From Lytechinus pictus (Eukaryota): a DNA stretch of 64,000 bases. The position numbers and the translations under genes were made by a program. The DNA lies in contig NC_087252.1 in the NCBI RefSeq assembly GCF_037042905.1, positions 10,170,001 to 10,234,000 of the forward strand, given 5' to 3'. The first letter of the stretch is position 1, and every line of letters begins with the position of its first letter. Of the stretch, positions 39,911 to 53,345 are shown piece after piece. Below the pieces are notes generated by a model, which searched no databases, had not been told where the DNA came from, and worked only from the letters and a program-made list of their open reading frames with translations.

Positions 39911-42900
39911 CTGCATCAACTCATGTTTCTCTTCCCCCCATCTCATTATACAGTGTATGTGAATCGGCAACCACGAGCCTACCCAAAAAAATGATAAAAA
40001 ATTTCTAGAGTGCAAATATAACTTAGAAAATGACAATCGTCCAATGTTGGATCTGGAACCGGTTTCGAGGCGGTAAATTTACACACCTGAATTGATTGAC
40101 GTAATGTGCCTGCCAACGCATTCCAAAATCTAAAATTTCAGGGAATTTCCCTTTTTTATTTATTAAAACGCTAGCCAATTCATGACGCACTAATACTAGC
40201 AATAATCGGGAATTTTAACAAAGCTATATGGACAGCCCTTTTCATGACATGTTGATTTGTAACATGACTTGTCGTAAATATCTTTGTACAAATAACTGAG
40301 ACACTAGAGAAGGACAAATTATAAAAGTATTTTACTAGCGTAATACATTCACCATTAATTCGTGTGATACAGTCGCACTCAAAAAAACATTAATAGAAAT
40401 CAGGTTAAAATTAGAATGGTTGAAATGTTAACTACCAGTTGACAGAGTATATATCTAACATGACATTACATTACAATGAAAAAGATGAAGTTTTATGATT
40501 TGAAAATTATGTTTATATATGTTGTGGAAAAAAGATATGATAATGAGAAAGGTAAACGTAATGAAAATTTGTATATGAATATGAGCAGATGAAATCTAAT
40601 ACTGAATTATTTGTAAAACTTTTGTTTGTGTACATATATTTGTGTATATTTTATTCAAATAAAGAAGACCAGTACTGGTTTAAAAGAAAAAAAAACATCA
40701 CATACCTGACCAGAAAGGGATCCCTTGACCGGCCCATTCAAAAATCAAAGCGGCATTTATGAAGACATCCTCTGACGGGATCAAATTCATCACCTGACAC
40801 ACTAAAATAACCCTTACACTTCCGGCAGTCAAAATAGTTCCAATTCTTTATATATCTTCCCAATATGGGCTAAGAATGTTCAGTAGAGACCCTCCCTTGA
40901 ATTAGTAATATATGCCCATTCACATCAATTAACATTTGTCAATTAGCTATATCAAATTGAAAAAAAAATTAGGAATATAGGGTTTGCTAGTATGAATATA
41001 TTCTGCTTTTTTTTTGCAAATAGGCTCGTGCTACGTAAAAACATACCACATGCATGACATGAGGGCCATGGCTCAGCACTTATCTCTCTTCTCTTGCATG
41101 TGTGTTGGCCCATTATTTCATTTATAGTAGGAAGAGAAAGATGACGCGGACAAAAATAGGGTTCATGTATTTGCGGAATATAGTAGCTGTGTTATTGTTA
41201 GCAATAATACGGCTAATAACATAACATGGTGATATAGTCTTGTCTTTTAGTCTTTTCTTTTAAGTGTCAAAAAGACTGTTAGTTGAAACTTTGAAAAAGA
41301 AATATGTGATATACATCAGCGACGAAAGTTATCTAGCCCTGTTATTCTCCATTTATCTATGTCTATTATATTCTTTGCTATGAGAATGGCAGTCCAACAT
41401 TGACCAAAACGTTACTTCTCTTAATTTAACACATTTTTTCGTGTATAAAAAGAAAGCCGTGTGAAACACGGCATATCTCTTCCCTGTCTTCGCTCCGTTT
41501 TCGTAATAGTCTGTGCGGTAGAGTCGGTCTGCTGGTCACTGTGTTAATAAGCAAATGAGCGAAATTTATCCAAGTCCTCTCGTGGCTGAATTCATGTCCC
41601 TGCTCAATCTCGCGTATTGTGAATATGAAACTTTTTTTCACAAAGAATTTAACCACTTTTAAAATTTATTATATTTGTAACATATGAAAGAGTAAACGTT
41701 ACTCTTTTATATTGGTCATTTCTTTTGAATAAAATATTTTGATAAATAAGCGAATTTCAGGCCTGAAATGATGCCTCAAACAGAATTTTTTCCGTTGTTT
41801 TCTCTCGCAAATTGTCCTCTTTTTCGGGGGGGGGGCACAAATACTATTTACATCATCCGAAAGCTCAAGCTCTATGCTTTCTTACAATGTTACACTTGAT
41901 ATTTAGCATCTTTTAGATGGGTCAGCAGCCAGCCTTTCCCATCTAGATGCAAACCGAGATTTCAGAATTCATTTCAGAAATTTCAAAATCCATTAATCAT
42001 TAGGGCTCAAACAGAAGTGAAGTGTAAAAACAACATTTTGGGGGCATGAAAAAATTATTTTGTTTCATGTATATAGACACAATCCGGGCACCTCAAAGGG
42101 TGTTTATTCTTCGTTTAAAAAGAGGACAAAAACATGAGATTTTTAGGGCAGCACTGGCAAAAATAAAAAGAGGTGTTTTCATCCGCACCAAGCTTCTTAA
42201 CAATGCAAAACCCTAAAGTCATGTATATCACTTTGATAAAACAAGCTACTTTTTGAGGACCTGCCGACTGACTTGGTATATTTATATATTTCTCAATATC
42301 CCTGCATAACGTATTCTACGTCATTTCTCCTAAGTGGATAATTCGGAGATCTTTAACTCTAAAGCCAGTGACATCGATTCACAGCCATCCGTCAAGATGA
42401 GTAGGGAAGACAGGGGACAATAATTGTAACAAAACTTACTTTATTTGAATTATCACCTTTATCCAAGCTAAATTCTTGCTCAAACCCCCCCCCCCCCCAA
42501 AAAAAAAAAAAGATGCACATTTTAGCTTGACATATGTATGGTTTTGGATTCAGTTAAACAATTAATTCAGAAGCTATTATCACTTGGCAACAACATCTCA
42601 AGTGTTATAATTCCGCCACAACACGGGGTATTTGTAACACACCAACACTGTTAGAAAAAAAAGATTTTACAGAAGTAAAATGAAAAAAAAAACATATTTT
42701 ACAGAAAGGAATAACCAAATCATTCTGTAAATTGTTATAACAAGATTTTTTTTTTACAAATTTTCTTAAATTTTACAGAACAGGTCTGTTTTTTTTTAAA
42801 GGGGGAAACAGTCTTTAAACATTAGCCCCATATTAAAGAAATCATGACAATGCTTGACTGAATTGCATTACATTTTCCAATTACAATTATTATGGGAAAC

Positions 42901-44320
42901 GTTTTGACTGTTTTTTAAGGTTGTTGAGGCTTCACCCTAGCTGAAGAAATATAGGCCTACATCAATTTGTATTGGGGTTCTATATCTTTTTGTGTCTACA
43001 TGTACCTTCCTAAAATCTCTTGAATGGACGTCTGTTGTAAGATACCATACATTATGCTTTTCATTTTTTTAATGAAGTTTTTTTTTTTCTTAAAAATGGG
43101 GAAATGACAGCTTTGTCTGAAAAAAAGACAGCGTTTCCGGACAAAATCAATATTTCTTTACCTTGACAACAAACTTATCAAATCCGGAATTACTGTTTTA
43201 TTCAGATATTATTTTGTATCAAAGACATGTTATCTCTTTCAATTTACTCAATTTAATCTATCCTCCCTGTTAATCCAAGGTAATAAAATGTATGTCAATG
43301 CCTAATTTAGAAATATATATGAGGCATTTGTATTTGTCCTATTTGTATACATACTGAATGTTTATGCTCTGCACAAATTCATGTTATTCAGCCTTTCGCT
43401 ACGAATTTGATTTCAAAATAATAAATATGACTTTTTCACATATATGAGAAAGATATGTTCAAAAAGTATTTCTCATGTCTAAGATTAAAGAAATGGAAGC
43501 CTTTTTCCTTGTAAAAAAATGTAAGCAATATGAATGACAAAACATGCTGATGTTTCAGCTTATCGACGAGGCTATTGCTGTGCTTACGATTTTGACGAAG
43601 AACCTATAGTAATACATTCTTCTCGTGTTTTTAACTTATTCGTTTATAGCAATTGACAAAGATTATAAAAAAGCACTGAAGGTTCTGAAAACAATAAACA
43701 AATAATACGCAAAATTTATTAGTAAAAAAAATAACATTTTGCATTGTAGCAAAACAGATTTTAAACTTATTATGGTAGCCTTAAAGGCCACCTTTTCCTT
43801 GTATACAAAATAAATGATAGACAGATACGTTTCAAGTTTTGCGACTCTCTATTCTGAGCTTTATTTTGAACAGTATAGAAAGTGACAAATAAAGTCGTAA
43901 CATGGTGTTACATCTGCACCCGCGGAGGATGGCCACATTTTTGGATTTTTTTTTCGATCATTTCACGAGTGCTTGTAGACTTATGAAGATATTTTCTAAA
44001 CATACTGAAATTGTATTAGCTCAATTACATATTTGTCCTGAAGAAAAGCATTGTGCGATGCGAGATATTATAATCCTTTTAAGAAAAGAAAATGTAATTT
44101 TGCTTGAGAAAAATTCCACGAGCCGTTATATTTGTTTCCACTCGAACAGCGCATGGGGGCGATAAAATGCGCATGCTCTGTAAACAGAATGACGTATAAA
44201 ACATACACTGTTCACTGATGACTGGTCCCTCGTTTCGCTCTGAGAAGAGTATGATTAGGGGCTAGATTAGCTCTTTTGTATTTATCTGCTTTTCACATTG
44301 GATTTCCTTAACCCCAAACT

Positions 44321-47057
44321 GGTTACACTTCGTAATTCCGAAGGTTCGTAATTCCGAAACACGCAAATTGCCTATACCTCGATGTTCGTTAATCTGAAAA
44401 CGTAAAATGGTTCGTTAATCCGAACATTTGTGGCGTTATTCCGAAGGTTCGTTATTCCGAAGGTTCGATAATCCGAAAACGAAATAAGGTTCGATATTCC
44501 GAAGGTGGGCGATTCCACACTAGAACTTCAAAAATATCATAAATTTCAACATACTTTCAATAAGTCATAAGTAGTGTAATATTTTACTATGATACCTAAA
44601 TTTTATGAAAATTATGAGTTTTAACCAAAAGTGAAATCAGATATAGTTTTTTTGGAGAAGAATAATGGAATTTTCAATTTTCAATAATTTTGCTAATTAA
44701 ATAGTCAAGTACAAACACTGCCTGAATTAATTATTGGCAAAGCACAAGAAGATTGAAAATATTGCAGGTCAGTGGAATAATGTATCATTGATGGTTCCAA
44801 ATGATATCTACAACATTTTCATGATCCGTAATAGGGGCAGCCCTGATTTTTCCGAACCTTTTTTTGGCAATGTCCCGTACGACACATAAAGATGCAAAAG
44901 TTTGTCCTACAATTTTATTTTTGATGATACAATTTCACAACATCAGTTTCTCTTTTTTGACCCAAGGGTGATCGATTTATCCCATAAGGATCTAATCACA
45001 GCCCTTCATTTTTCAATAATTGTCCTATTAAAAGTTGTCCCGTACGACACACACTGTGTCGTACGGGACATGTCCCGTACGACACACAATATATTATGCA
45101 TTTAATTGCAGGATTTTGATTCAGAAACTGTAAATAATAGGCCTATTTTAATTCAAGTAATTGAATTGACATAAAGTGAACTGAAAAAAATATCCTTTTA
45201 TTTCCATAGAACATGAAATAAGGGATTCTAACCATTTTAATTGATGTCATGTAGGTGTATTCTTTTGTGAATCCCTTCAGCTAAACTGGTGATTTTCACT
45301 GGTCAGAGCAGGTTAATTTTTTTGTCACTGAGCATGAAAAGAAAACCTTTATAATTGATTCACCCTAGCCTGAAAGATGACTTCCTCTTGCATGGAATTA
45401 TTATAAGATGTAAAAAAACTACATATCAATCAACTTTTTGGACTTCCCTTGATGATCACTATTTTTTTATATATATATACAGTATTGAAACTCCTTACTT
45501 TTTTCAAGTTGTAAAAAAAAATCTGGAAAATAAGACAAACCGTATGGTTTCATGAAATGCAGAAATGTTTGAAAAAGTAGAATTGCATTTCTCTAGAAAA
45601 AAAAATTGTGGAATTATAAGTGACAGCTGACATATATCATGTATATATACATTTTATATGAAAAATATAATATTTTAGCCCCATAATTTACACAGTTTCA
45701 TTCATTCATTGTTTAAATAGTGTATTGGAAATCATCAGTTAATTCACTAAAATATAACTTCACACAAAACCTCAAGTTCTTCAGCTTGGAAAAAATGCTG
45801 CGAACCCTTGTACATTTCCCATCATGAAAAAATAACATATTGCTCCCGATTGTATATATTGAGGTTACTTAATTATATTGTCCTGAATGACTACTTATTA
45901 AAAAACTTTTCATTAAAAATGAAGAATTTAGGGGCAATGCTCCCCTTCTAATTGATAAAAGTTCATTGTTTTATTCAGACTGCCCAGTACAACATGCAAG
46001 TGCCTGTACAACACACAAGTGTCCCGTACGACACACAAGTGTCCTGTACGACACAGAAGTGTCCTGTACGACACACAAGTGTCCCGTACGACACATTATT
46101 TTGTTTATGATATATTGACAGAAATATTCAGCCAATTGCGGTTTCTAACATAATGAATGTCTTTAGTTTGATAGGACTATCATTATCATCAGCCAAATGG
46201 AGTGATTGAAGAAGTCAAAGAGACATAAAGTAAGAAAGTTTGGCTTCAATTTAGAGGTGTCCCGTACGACACATTTTGAGTGTCCCGTACGCCACAATGT
46301 TCTCGAAAATTGTAATTTGCTCTAGTTATTCATGAATGTCTATTTTGCTTTCTTTCATAGATGTGTTTGTTCTTGGGTAATTGAATATCAATTTGAGTTC
46401 AGTTTCAATGAAAATTATCCGTCCAACTCACAGACTTTAGAGTACAAACTTGATGTTTCGAAAAAAGCCACTTTTTCTGCGTCCGTACGACACATTCCTA
46501 TTTTAAATCTGTATTATACAGGATGTGAATTCAAGTCATGTTAAGTCTTGGTTTTTCTAACACTCTGGTAGTACTTGATGATCACCTTTAGTTACTGGAA
46601 TATTTTTTTGTTTTTCTTGTCAAAAAACTGTCAAATGTTCTCCAAATGTCCCGTACGACACGTATGGAATCACCCAGGTTAGTTAATCCGAAAACGAAAT
46701 AAGGTTCGTTGTTCCGAAGGTTCGTTAATCCGAAAACGAAATAAGGTTCGTTGTTCCGAAGGTTCGTTAGTCCGAAAACGAAATAAGGTTAGTTAATCAT
46801 TTAGTTTTCGGACTAACGAACCTTCGGAATTACGAAACTCATTCCTTTTTCGGATTAAAGAACCTTCGGAATTACGAACCTCACTTCGTTTTCGGACTAA
46901 CGAACCTTCGGAATTACGCACCTTCGGAAATACGAACCTTCGGACTAACGAACCTTCGGAATTACGCATCTTCGGAAATACGAACCTTCGGAATAACGAA
47001 CCTTCGGAATATCCGAACCTTCGGAATAACGAAGCTTTGGAATTACGAATGTATGCG
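44321..47057. mobile_element. Mutator-like fold-back MITE interrupted by a Sola-like element
   Basis: GGTTACACTTCGTAATTCC...GGAATTACGAATGTATGCG, tandem TTCCGAAGGTTCG units, 9-bp TSD CCCCAAACT / CCCCATACT. Confidence 0.8.
44507..46675. mobile_element. 2.17-kb non-autonomous element, Sola2-like
   Basis: TIRs GGGCGATTCCACAC / GTATGGAATCACCC, 4-bp TSD AGGT, many internal TGTCCCGTACGACAC motifs. Confidence 0.8.
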
Positions 47058-48674
47058 CCCCATACTATCCCTAACATAGACTATCATTAACCCCATACTA
47101 TTTTTTTCCGATTCACACTGTCTTTCTTAACCCCATACTATTTGCTTAGCCGGGGTTAACGCCTCTTTGAATTACCTACCCTAGTAGAAGCATATTAATT
47201 TGTTAGCAACCATACCCTAATAACGCTAGAACCATTTTTAATTTGTACAGTCTCAAGCAGTATCAAATTTGTCTTCCTTTTTTTTACATTTGATATGTCA
47301 CACTCTTGTTTGTATCTTGATTTAATATTTGATTTTCTAATAATTTTCCCTACGTGTATTTCAATCAACTGAAATTCTCTATTACACCTTCATATAATTC
47401 CCCATTTCGTTTAAAGCTCTTAACTTAGTTCTTGTCACATCGCACCAATGATTTGAATGTGTGTTTGATTCGTGATTTATTATTGGATATTTGATTTTCT
47501 AATGCTTTGCCATCCTTTCCCATTCTTCATATTGTTTATATTTTCCTGTTACACATAAATTTATTTACTTTTCTTTACATGGTAGCTTAAATTCAGTTGA
47601 TATCTAAGAAGTCGTTTCCTTGAATATACTTTGAGTATGGATCTTGATTGCTTTTGTGTTTTTTAATCATTATTTGTTATATACTTACTTTGCCGTTTTA
47701 ATTTTTTTTAAACCAGCACAAAACCGTGACAAATGTAATATACAATAATTCATGTCAGACTCACAAATTTCAATAAAGTGACCTACCATCTCTGTCTCTA
47801 ATTTCATAAAAGACTAATACCTGATTTGACCCAATCTGCATTTTGATTTCTTAAAATATTAATTTGATAATATTGTGTTTTTTCTATTCATATTACGATG
47901 AATGTTAATTTACATAGAAGTATTTAACTACATGTTTAAATTAATTGCTATTTTGTGTTATTCCATGTAGAAACCAGTGGAGAACCTCTCGACAGAATTT
48001 TCAATTCTTTTATGTGATCCCAAGGCATTGGCTGGTGCTCAATTTCACATTTATTTTGTAATGTTTCTATTTATCTCATGTTTTCTTGCCTGGAAATGAA
48101 ACAAATAAATAAATAATAAACCTCGGGCAATCAAACAGCTCATGAATAATGATGATTTGCGATTATTTGCGATTTGCAATTTCGACTTCTGTGATTGGCA
48201 AATGCTTAGCCCCACTTTTCCTTAGCCCTGTATTGTTTCACACTGCAACTCTTAGCACCGAAATGCTAGCACCACAAATAGCCGGCTAACCCTGCTTTTT
48301 TTTCCAGGCCAGATAGTACCGTACTATTAACTGTGTTAGCCCACTTTGCTAAAACGTAGTGTGAAAACGAAGGGGGCTAAGCTTAACCCCGGGAAAATTG
48401 TGGGGCTAAGACCCATTTTTCCACATTCCATTCCGTTGTTGTTTTTTCTTTGTCGATTTTTTTCCTGGGGGCATGGCCCAAAGCCCCCCCCCCCCCCCCC
48501 CTTCCCGAACATACAGTATGTATGCCAGTGATTTTTTTTACTCCTCTTCAAGACCACATTCCTCATTTTAATCCTACTCACTCTTTCTTCTTTTCCCCGT
48601 CTCATTCGTATTGCAATCAAATTTTCATTTTCCTTGTAATATTTTCGAGTGATTTTGAAATTATAGTAGAAGTA

Positions 48675-48675
<1 letters not shown>

Positions 48676-48727
<52 letters not shown>
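48676..48727. repeat. (TAG)n microsatellite
   Basis: Direct inspection. Confidence 0.95.
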
Positions 48728-50139
48728 TTTGAGTGAAATTGAATGAAATATCTTTATAAAAGATCACGAATAACATGAACCAGGGCCGACAACTTATGTC
48801 ATACATTACACTCATGATACATTATCATTATACTGATCGATACAGTGATATAATATTAGTTTATAATCAATTCATTCATTTGGATGATTTCATGTTCTTT
48901 TTAAATTGTGAAAAAAAGTTAAAGTCGCCATTAGGACTCGTTGGACTTTTGCAAGATACGTGTAACGTAATTACGTACACTGAACATAAACTTCAACTTA
49001 ACTTCAGAAGAAATACTTTATTCTTAATTCCTTTCGATTCTGCAAGCCTGCTTTCACTTTTTTTAAAGTTTGATATAAATGTATATAAATAGATTGTTAA
49101 TAAATACGTATGGAAAAATGCTCCTATTTAACGTATAAATAAAGGTAATGTGCTTACCTTAGATCGGGTTACAGTGTGCAACGGGTTAAATAAAGAAGAC
49201 AATGTTCTCGCTTGCAAACTTTTGGCAAACAACTTTTCACTTCGGCAGCTTGGTACTAACTACCTCCCATTGTCTTCTTTTACAGCAGATAAAACCATGC
49301 AGGCTCTTTTCTCTTTGAGGTAGTCATCTGTGTCAACGTTACAAAATTGGAAAGCTAAGGGGATTTTTACGAAATTTTAGATGTAAAGAAAAAAAACCCG
49401 ATTTTTTTTTAAATTTAATTTGGAATGCCCAATAGAAAGAAATGTGCAACAACAGGAGTACATGTTTTAATTAAATAATTCGCAAAAAATGATATGAATT
49501 CATACCGGGCTGTACTCATAATAAGTAGTAAACGCATTATGTACCATTGCCTAATTCCAATGAAGACATTGTAAATATATGTTCGTTCTGTGTGTGTGTG
49601 TGTTAAAGCATATACTGAGATGAAATAAAAGAAATGAAACTGAATAAAATATATAAGAATTAGACATTCATTGTGATGTTACTCATTTGCGTTAATCTTG
49701 TGGAGCAAAAAAAGAGTTGTCGGGCGTCTTATCGGACAAGTCAAAGTTGTCAGATCTAACAACTTGTCGGATGAACAGAATAACGTTGATGAAATGCTCC
49801 CCCGGGAGATGGTTCTTCACAGTCTACTCAACACAATACATCAATAGCACCCCCCCCCCCAGACAATGTCTTTACACACGTCTGATATCCCCTGGTACGG
49901 CACGCTTTCGTGATTTTCCAAAATGTGCACATTTTGTTAAATTTACCAAAATGTGGAGGGCACTGCCGGTACATTTTGGTAGCTTCTGGGATTATTCGCT
50001 CAATTGCCTGTACTCATTCATTGCATAAAAAATATACAAAATACTTTGTAACTACATGTACACAAAGCAAGGAGGGCATTTCAGTTGGTCCCTTTTTAAA
50101 ACCACATTGGCTAAAACTATTTGGTTTACCATTAATTTT

Positions 50140-52365
50140 AGGCATTTCCTCCAATAGCCAGTCAGTCTAAGATCTACTTTGTCCAAAAGCCACTATGTCT
50201 AAGGGCTATTTCGTCCAATAGCCACTTATTCTGAGAGTCATTTCCTCGAAAAGCCATTATGTCTAAATTAACAGCCATTTCGTCCAATAGCTTCCTCGTC
50301 TAATAGGTACTTTATCTAAATGCCACTTCGTTAAATAAACATTGTCCAATAGCCATTTCATCCAATAGCCGATTGGGTCGAAGCCACTTCGTCCAATCGT
50401 CATTGCACTAATGTCCTTTGGTCCATATGGATCCAACATCCACTTGGTCCAATTAGCAGTTGGTCCAACAGCCACTTGATCTGACAGTTGGTCCAATATC
50501 CACCTGGTCCATGGATAACAAACACGTCAATAGTAATAATTCCATGTCAAAATTATTACTGACGTCTTGCGCAAGAAAGAGAGAAAGAGGGGGGGGGGAA
50601 GTAAAATTAAATACTAAAAAGGATCCGCAATACTCAAAACAGACCAGGCCAAAAACTACAGCTCTTCAAAAACATTCAATATCGAATGGACATTACTCTA
50701 ACCATTTTCGTTTGCTTTTGTTTTAAAATCAGAGGCATAGAATACAACCCTACACTGTAAAATAATAATAAATAAAAAAATAAAAAATATGAATCAGTAT
50801 TTAATACTTAATGAATATAAGTATAATTTATAATTTGTAATTATTTTTTATTTCTTTAACTTGTCTTTTATTTTACTTGATTTATTTGGGTTCAATATAC
50901 ATTTAAGAAAATTCACGTTTTGCTGGCTTGCTTTGATTGAGTAAATATAACTCAATTAGGCAAAGATTATTATTACTTCTAAATTATTGTTGAATGTGCT
51001 TATATTTTTCAACTAACGCCTTATTTAAATAATGCATGAACATTCATTAGACATGTTAGAGCAAGTGAATGTTTTTTTTTATAACTGCCATATCTATTTT
51101 TGTTTGAACTTTTTTCGGATAAGGGTGTGCTAACTATTGTATTCTATTGTTGAATCAAAGAAAGAGCAACATCATGAACATTAAATAGTCTCTTAGCAGA
51201 AAATTTGAGATGTCTTTTTAGGTTTTCGGAAAATGATTATATTGTTCTCACTGTTTTATTTGTAAGAATGAAACGATCGCGTATCAATGTAACAGGTAAG
51301 TGAAAATGCACAAAGTCTAATATTTGAATAAAAGACGTCTAAGATGAACATGATGCCACTAAAGTAAAAGTGAGACGATGGGGGAGCGAATAACGAAAGT
51401 CCACTCCCCCATTTGATTTTTTTTCAAACATTTTAGTGATTGTTTTACTAAATTGAATTAAGTTATTGTAACTTAATTTTCTTGAGTGAAATGGATGCAA
51501 AGAAAATAAGAAAAGTTCGCTTAAAACTGCCAAACTCATAAATATTGAAAAAAATAAGGCAATTTATTGAAACAATTTTATTGCGTAATTTCAACTAATT
51601 TGTGTTTACAGTGCACTGAAAGGAATCAAATAAGGCAAAACAAATAATTGAATCTCCAATACATGTATCTAATTGTATTCATTGGATAACTCTGAATGTA
51701 AAAAAGTGTAAGAAGAGGGGGGAAAATCAAAGACATGTGTATTGTGTTTTGTTTTTGTTCTTAGAAATTACAAGAGTTAAACCTCGGTTATGTAGATATG
51801 ACTCAAATTTGCACAAGCATGAAGTCTGGTTTTCCATAAATTGTTGGACAAATTCCACATGATTTTATGTTTAAGGAGAATAAATTGCAACAAAAAAGAT
51901 GACTACATGTACATTTAAGAATAATGGGCATAAGCTGAATGCGTCAAAGAGACGGATATCAAAATCAAGCTAATAAATCGCTAATTGTGTCTAAATAATA
52001 GTTGTTCATCCTTTATTGTGGTATGTTTCATTTCATTCCAAACTTCTTTTTTTTTTACCGGAGACCCATTTACCCTGGATCCACGCCTGCCCCCAGTAAC
52101 GGTTATTAGACGAAGTGGAAATTACACCAAATGGGTATTGGACCAAGTGGATATGGGACAAACTGTCAATATGACCAATTGGCAAATGAGTTAGAAGAAC
52201 TGGCTATTAGTGTCTATTAAACGAAGTGGCTTTTAGACGAAGTGGCTACTGCACGAAATGGTTTTTACAGCTCAGACGAAGTGATGAAGTGGCTCTTAGA
52301 CTAAGTGGCTCTCGGACGAAATTACTATCAAATGATCTAAGACCAAGCGGCATTAAACGATATAG
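50140..52365. mobile_element. Degenerate fold-back element arms (CCACTTCGTCCAA units at 50140-50510, inverted at 52100-52365)
   Basis: Tandem short units in opposite orientations. A CACTGTAA...TTACAGTG element lies inside (50753-51613). Confidence 0.5.
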
Positions 52366-52842
52366 TCATTGCATTGAATGTAGAGGCAAATTACCCTCAT
52401 GCACACTGACAAATATTACCCATGACTCTCTAACCCAATACCAAAATTATCAATCTTTACTCCATTATAAGCGTCAAGTCTGGTTTTGAAATTATTACCA
52501 AAATGTGCATATTGTAGGAAATGAGCTGCAGGCACATCACGTTATAAATGCACATTTTGGTAAAGAAAAACAAAATCCTGGCACCATCGGCATATTTTGG
52601 TAACAAATTTATTTTATCCAAATGTGCCATAACATAGTTACGGCACATATTGGTAAATTGCACTGTTTCGTAATTTACCAAAATGTGGCGTAACATCCCC
52701 TAAGCACAAAAGAAAATCATTTGCGCTGACGTCCATGTTTACACACCTTTTAATATGCAATCACTTTGCATGCTTGGGTTTTCCCCGGGATCTCACATTG
52801 TACTCAGTTGCTTATTTTTTAATGAATAAATAAATGTATATA

Positions 52843-53345
52843 CAGTGCGTCCCAGAAAAAACGAAACCGAGATTTATCGATGATTTATCATAACTTAATC
52901 ACAAATACAATAGACAATGACCTACCATTTTAAAGCTTAGAATCTCCTCTTTCATCTGAAATTACTTAGTTTATTTCTCATTCACGCATGAGTGAGCAAA
53001 AACAATTTGAAAAGGGGATACCAAAAAGTCACTTGGCGGGCCGTACCTGGGTTTTCAAAAGAAAACCACATTTTTAAAAAGTTCAATATCTGCTGTTTAA
53101 TTTGATACCTCAATTACAGAAAATGGTCATGAAATAACAAAGTTCTGGTTATTTGAAATAAGGCTTGAATTTCAATAATTTCATAAAATGAAGAGGTTTT
53201 ACAGGCAAGCGTCCAAACTCACTCGACACTCCGTTTTGTTGACGATCAACCATGCATTAAGTCATTTATTACCGTGCGATAGCTTCTGTGGGAAACCGGT
53301 GAGAACACGTTTATTTAATGAAATTATGGAAAAACAAGCATTGTT
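52843..53345 (+). mobile_element. Tc1/mariner-type non-autonomous element, one end, truncated at the Penelope fragment
   Basis: TA|CAGTGCGTCCCAGAAAAAACGAAACC terminus. Confidence 0.55.

Noticed and set aside
49155..49330. Possible non-coding first exon (minus-strand GTAAG donor)
   Set aside because: Only a splice-like hexamer supports it; transcript data would be needed.
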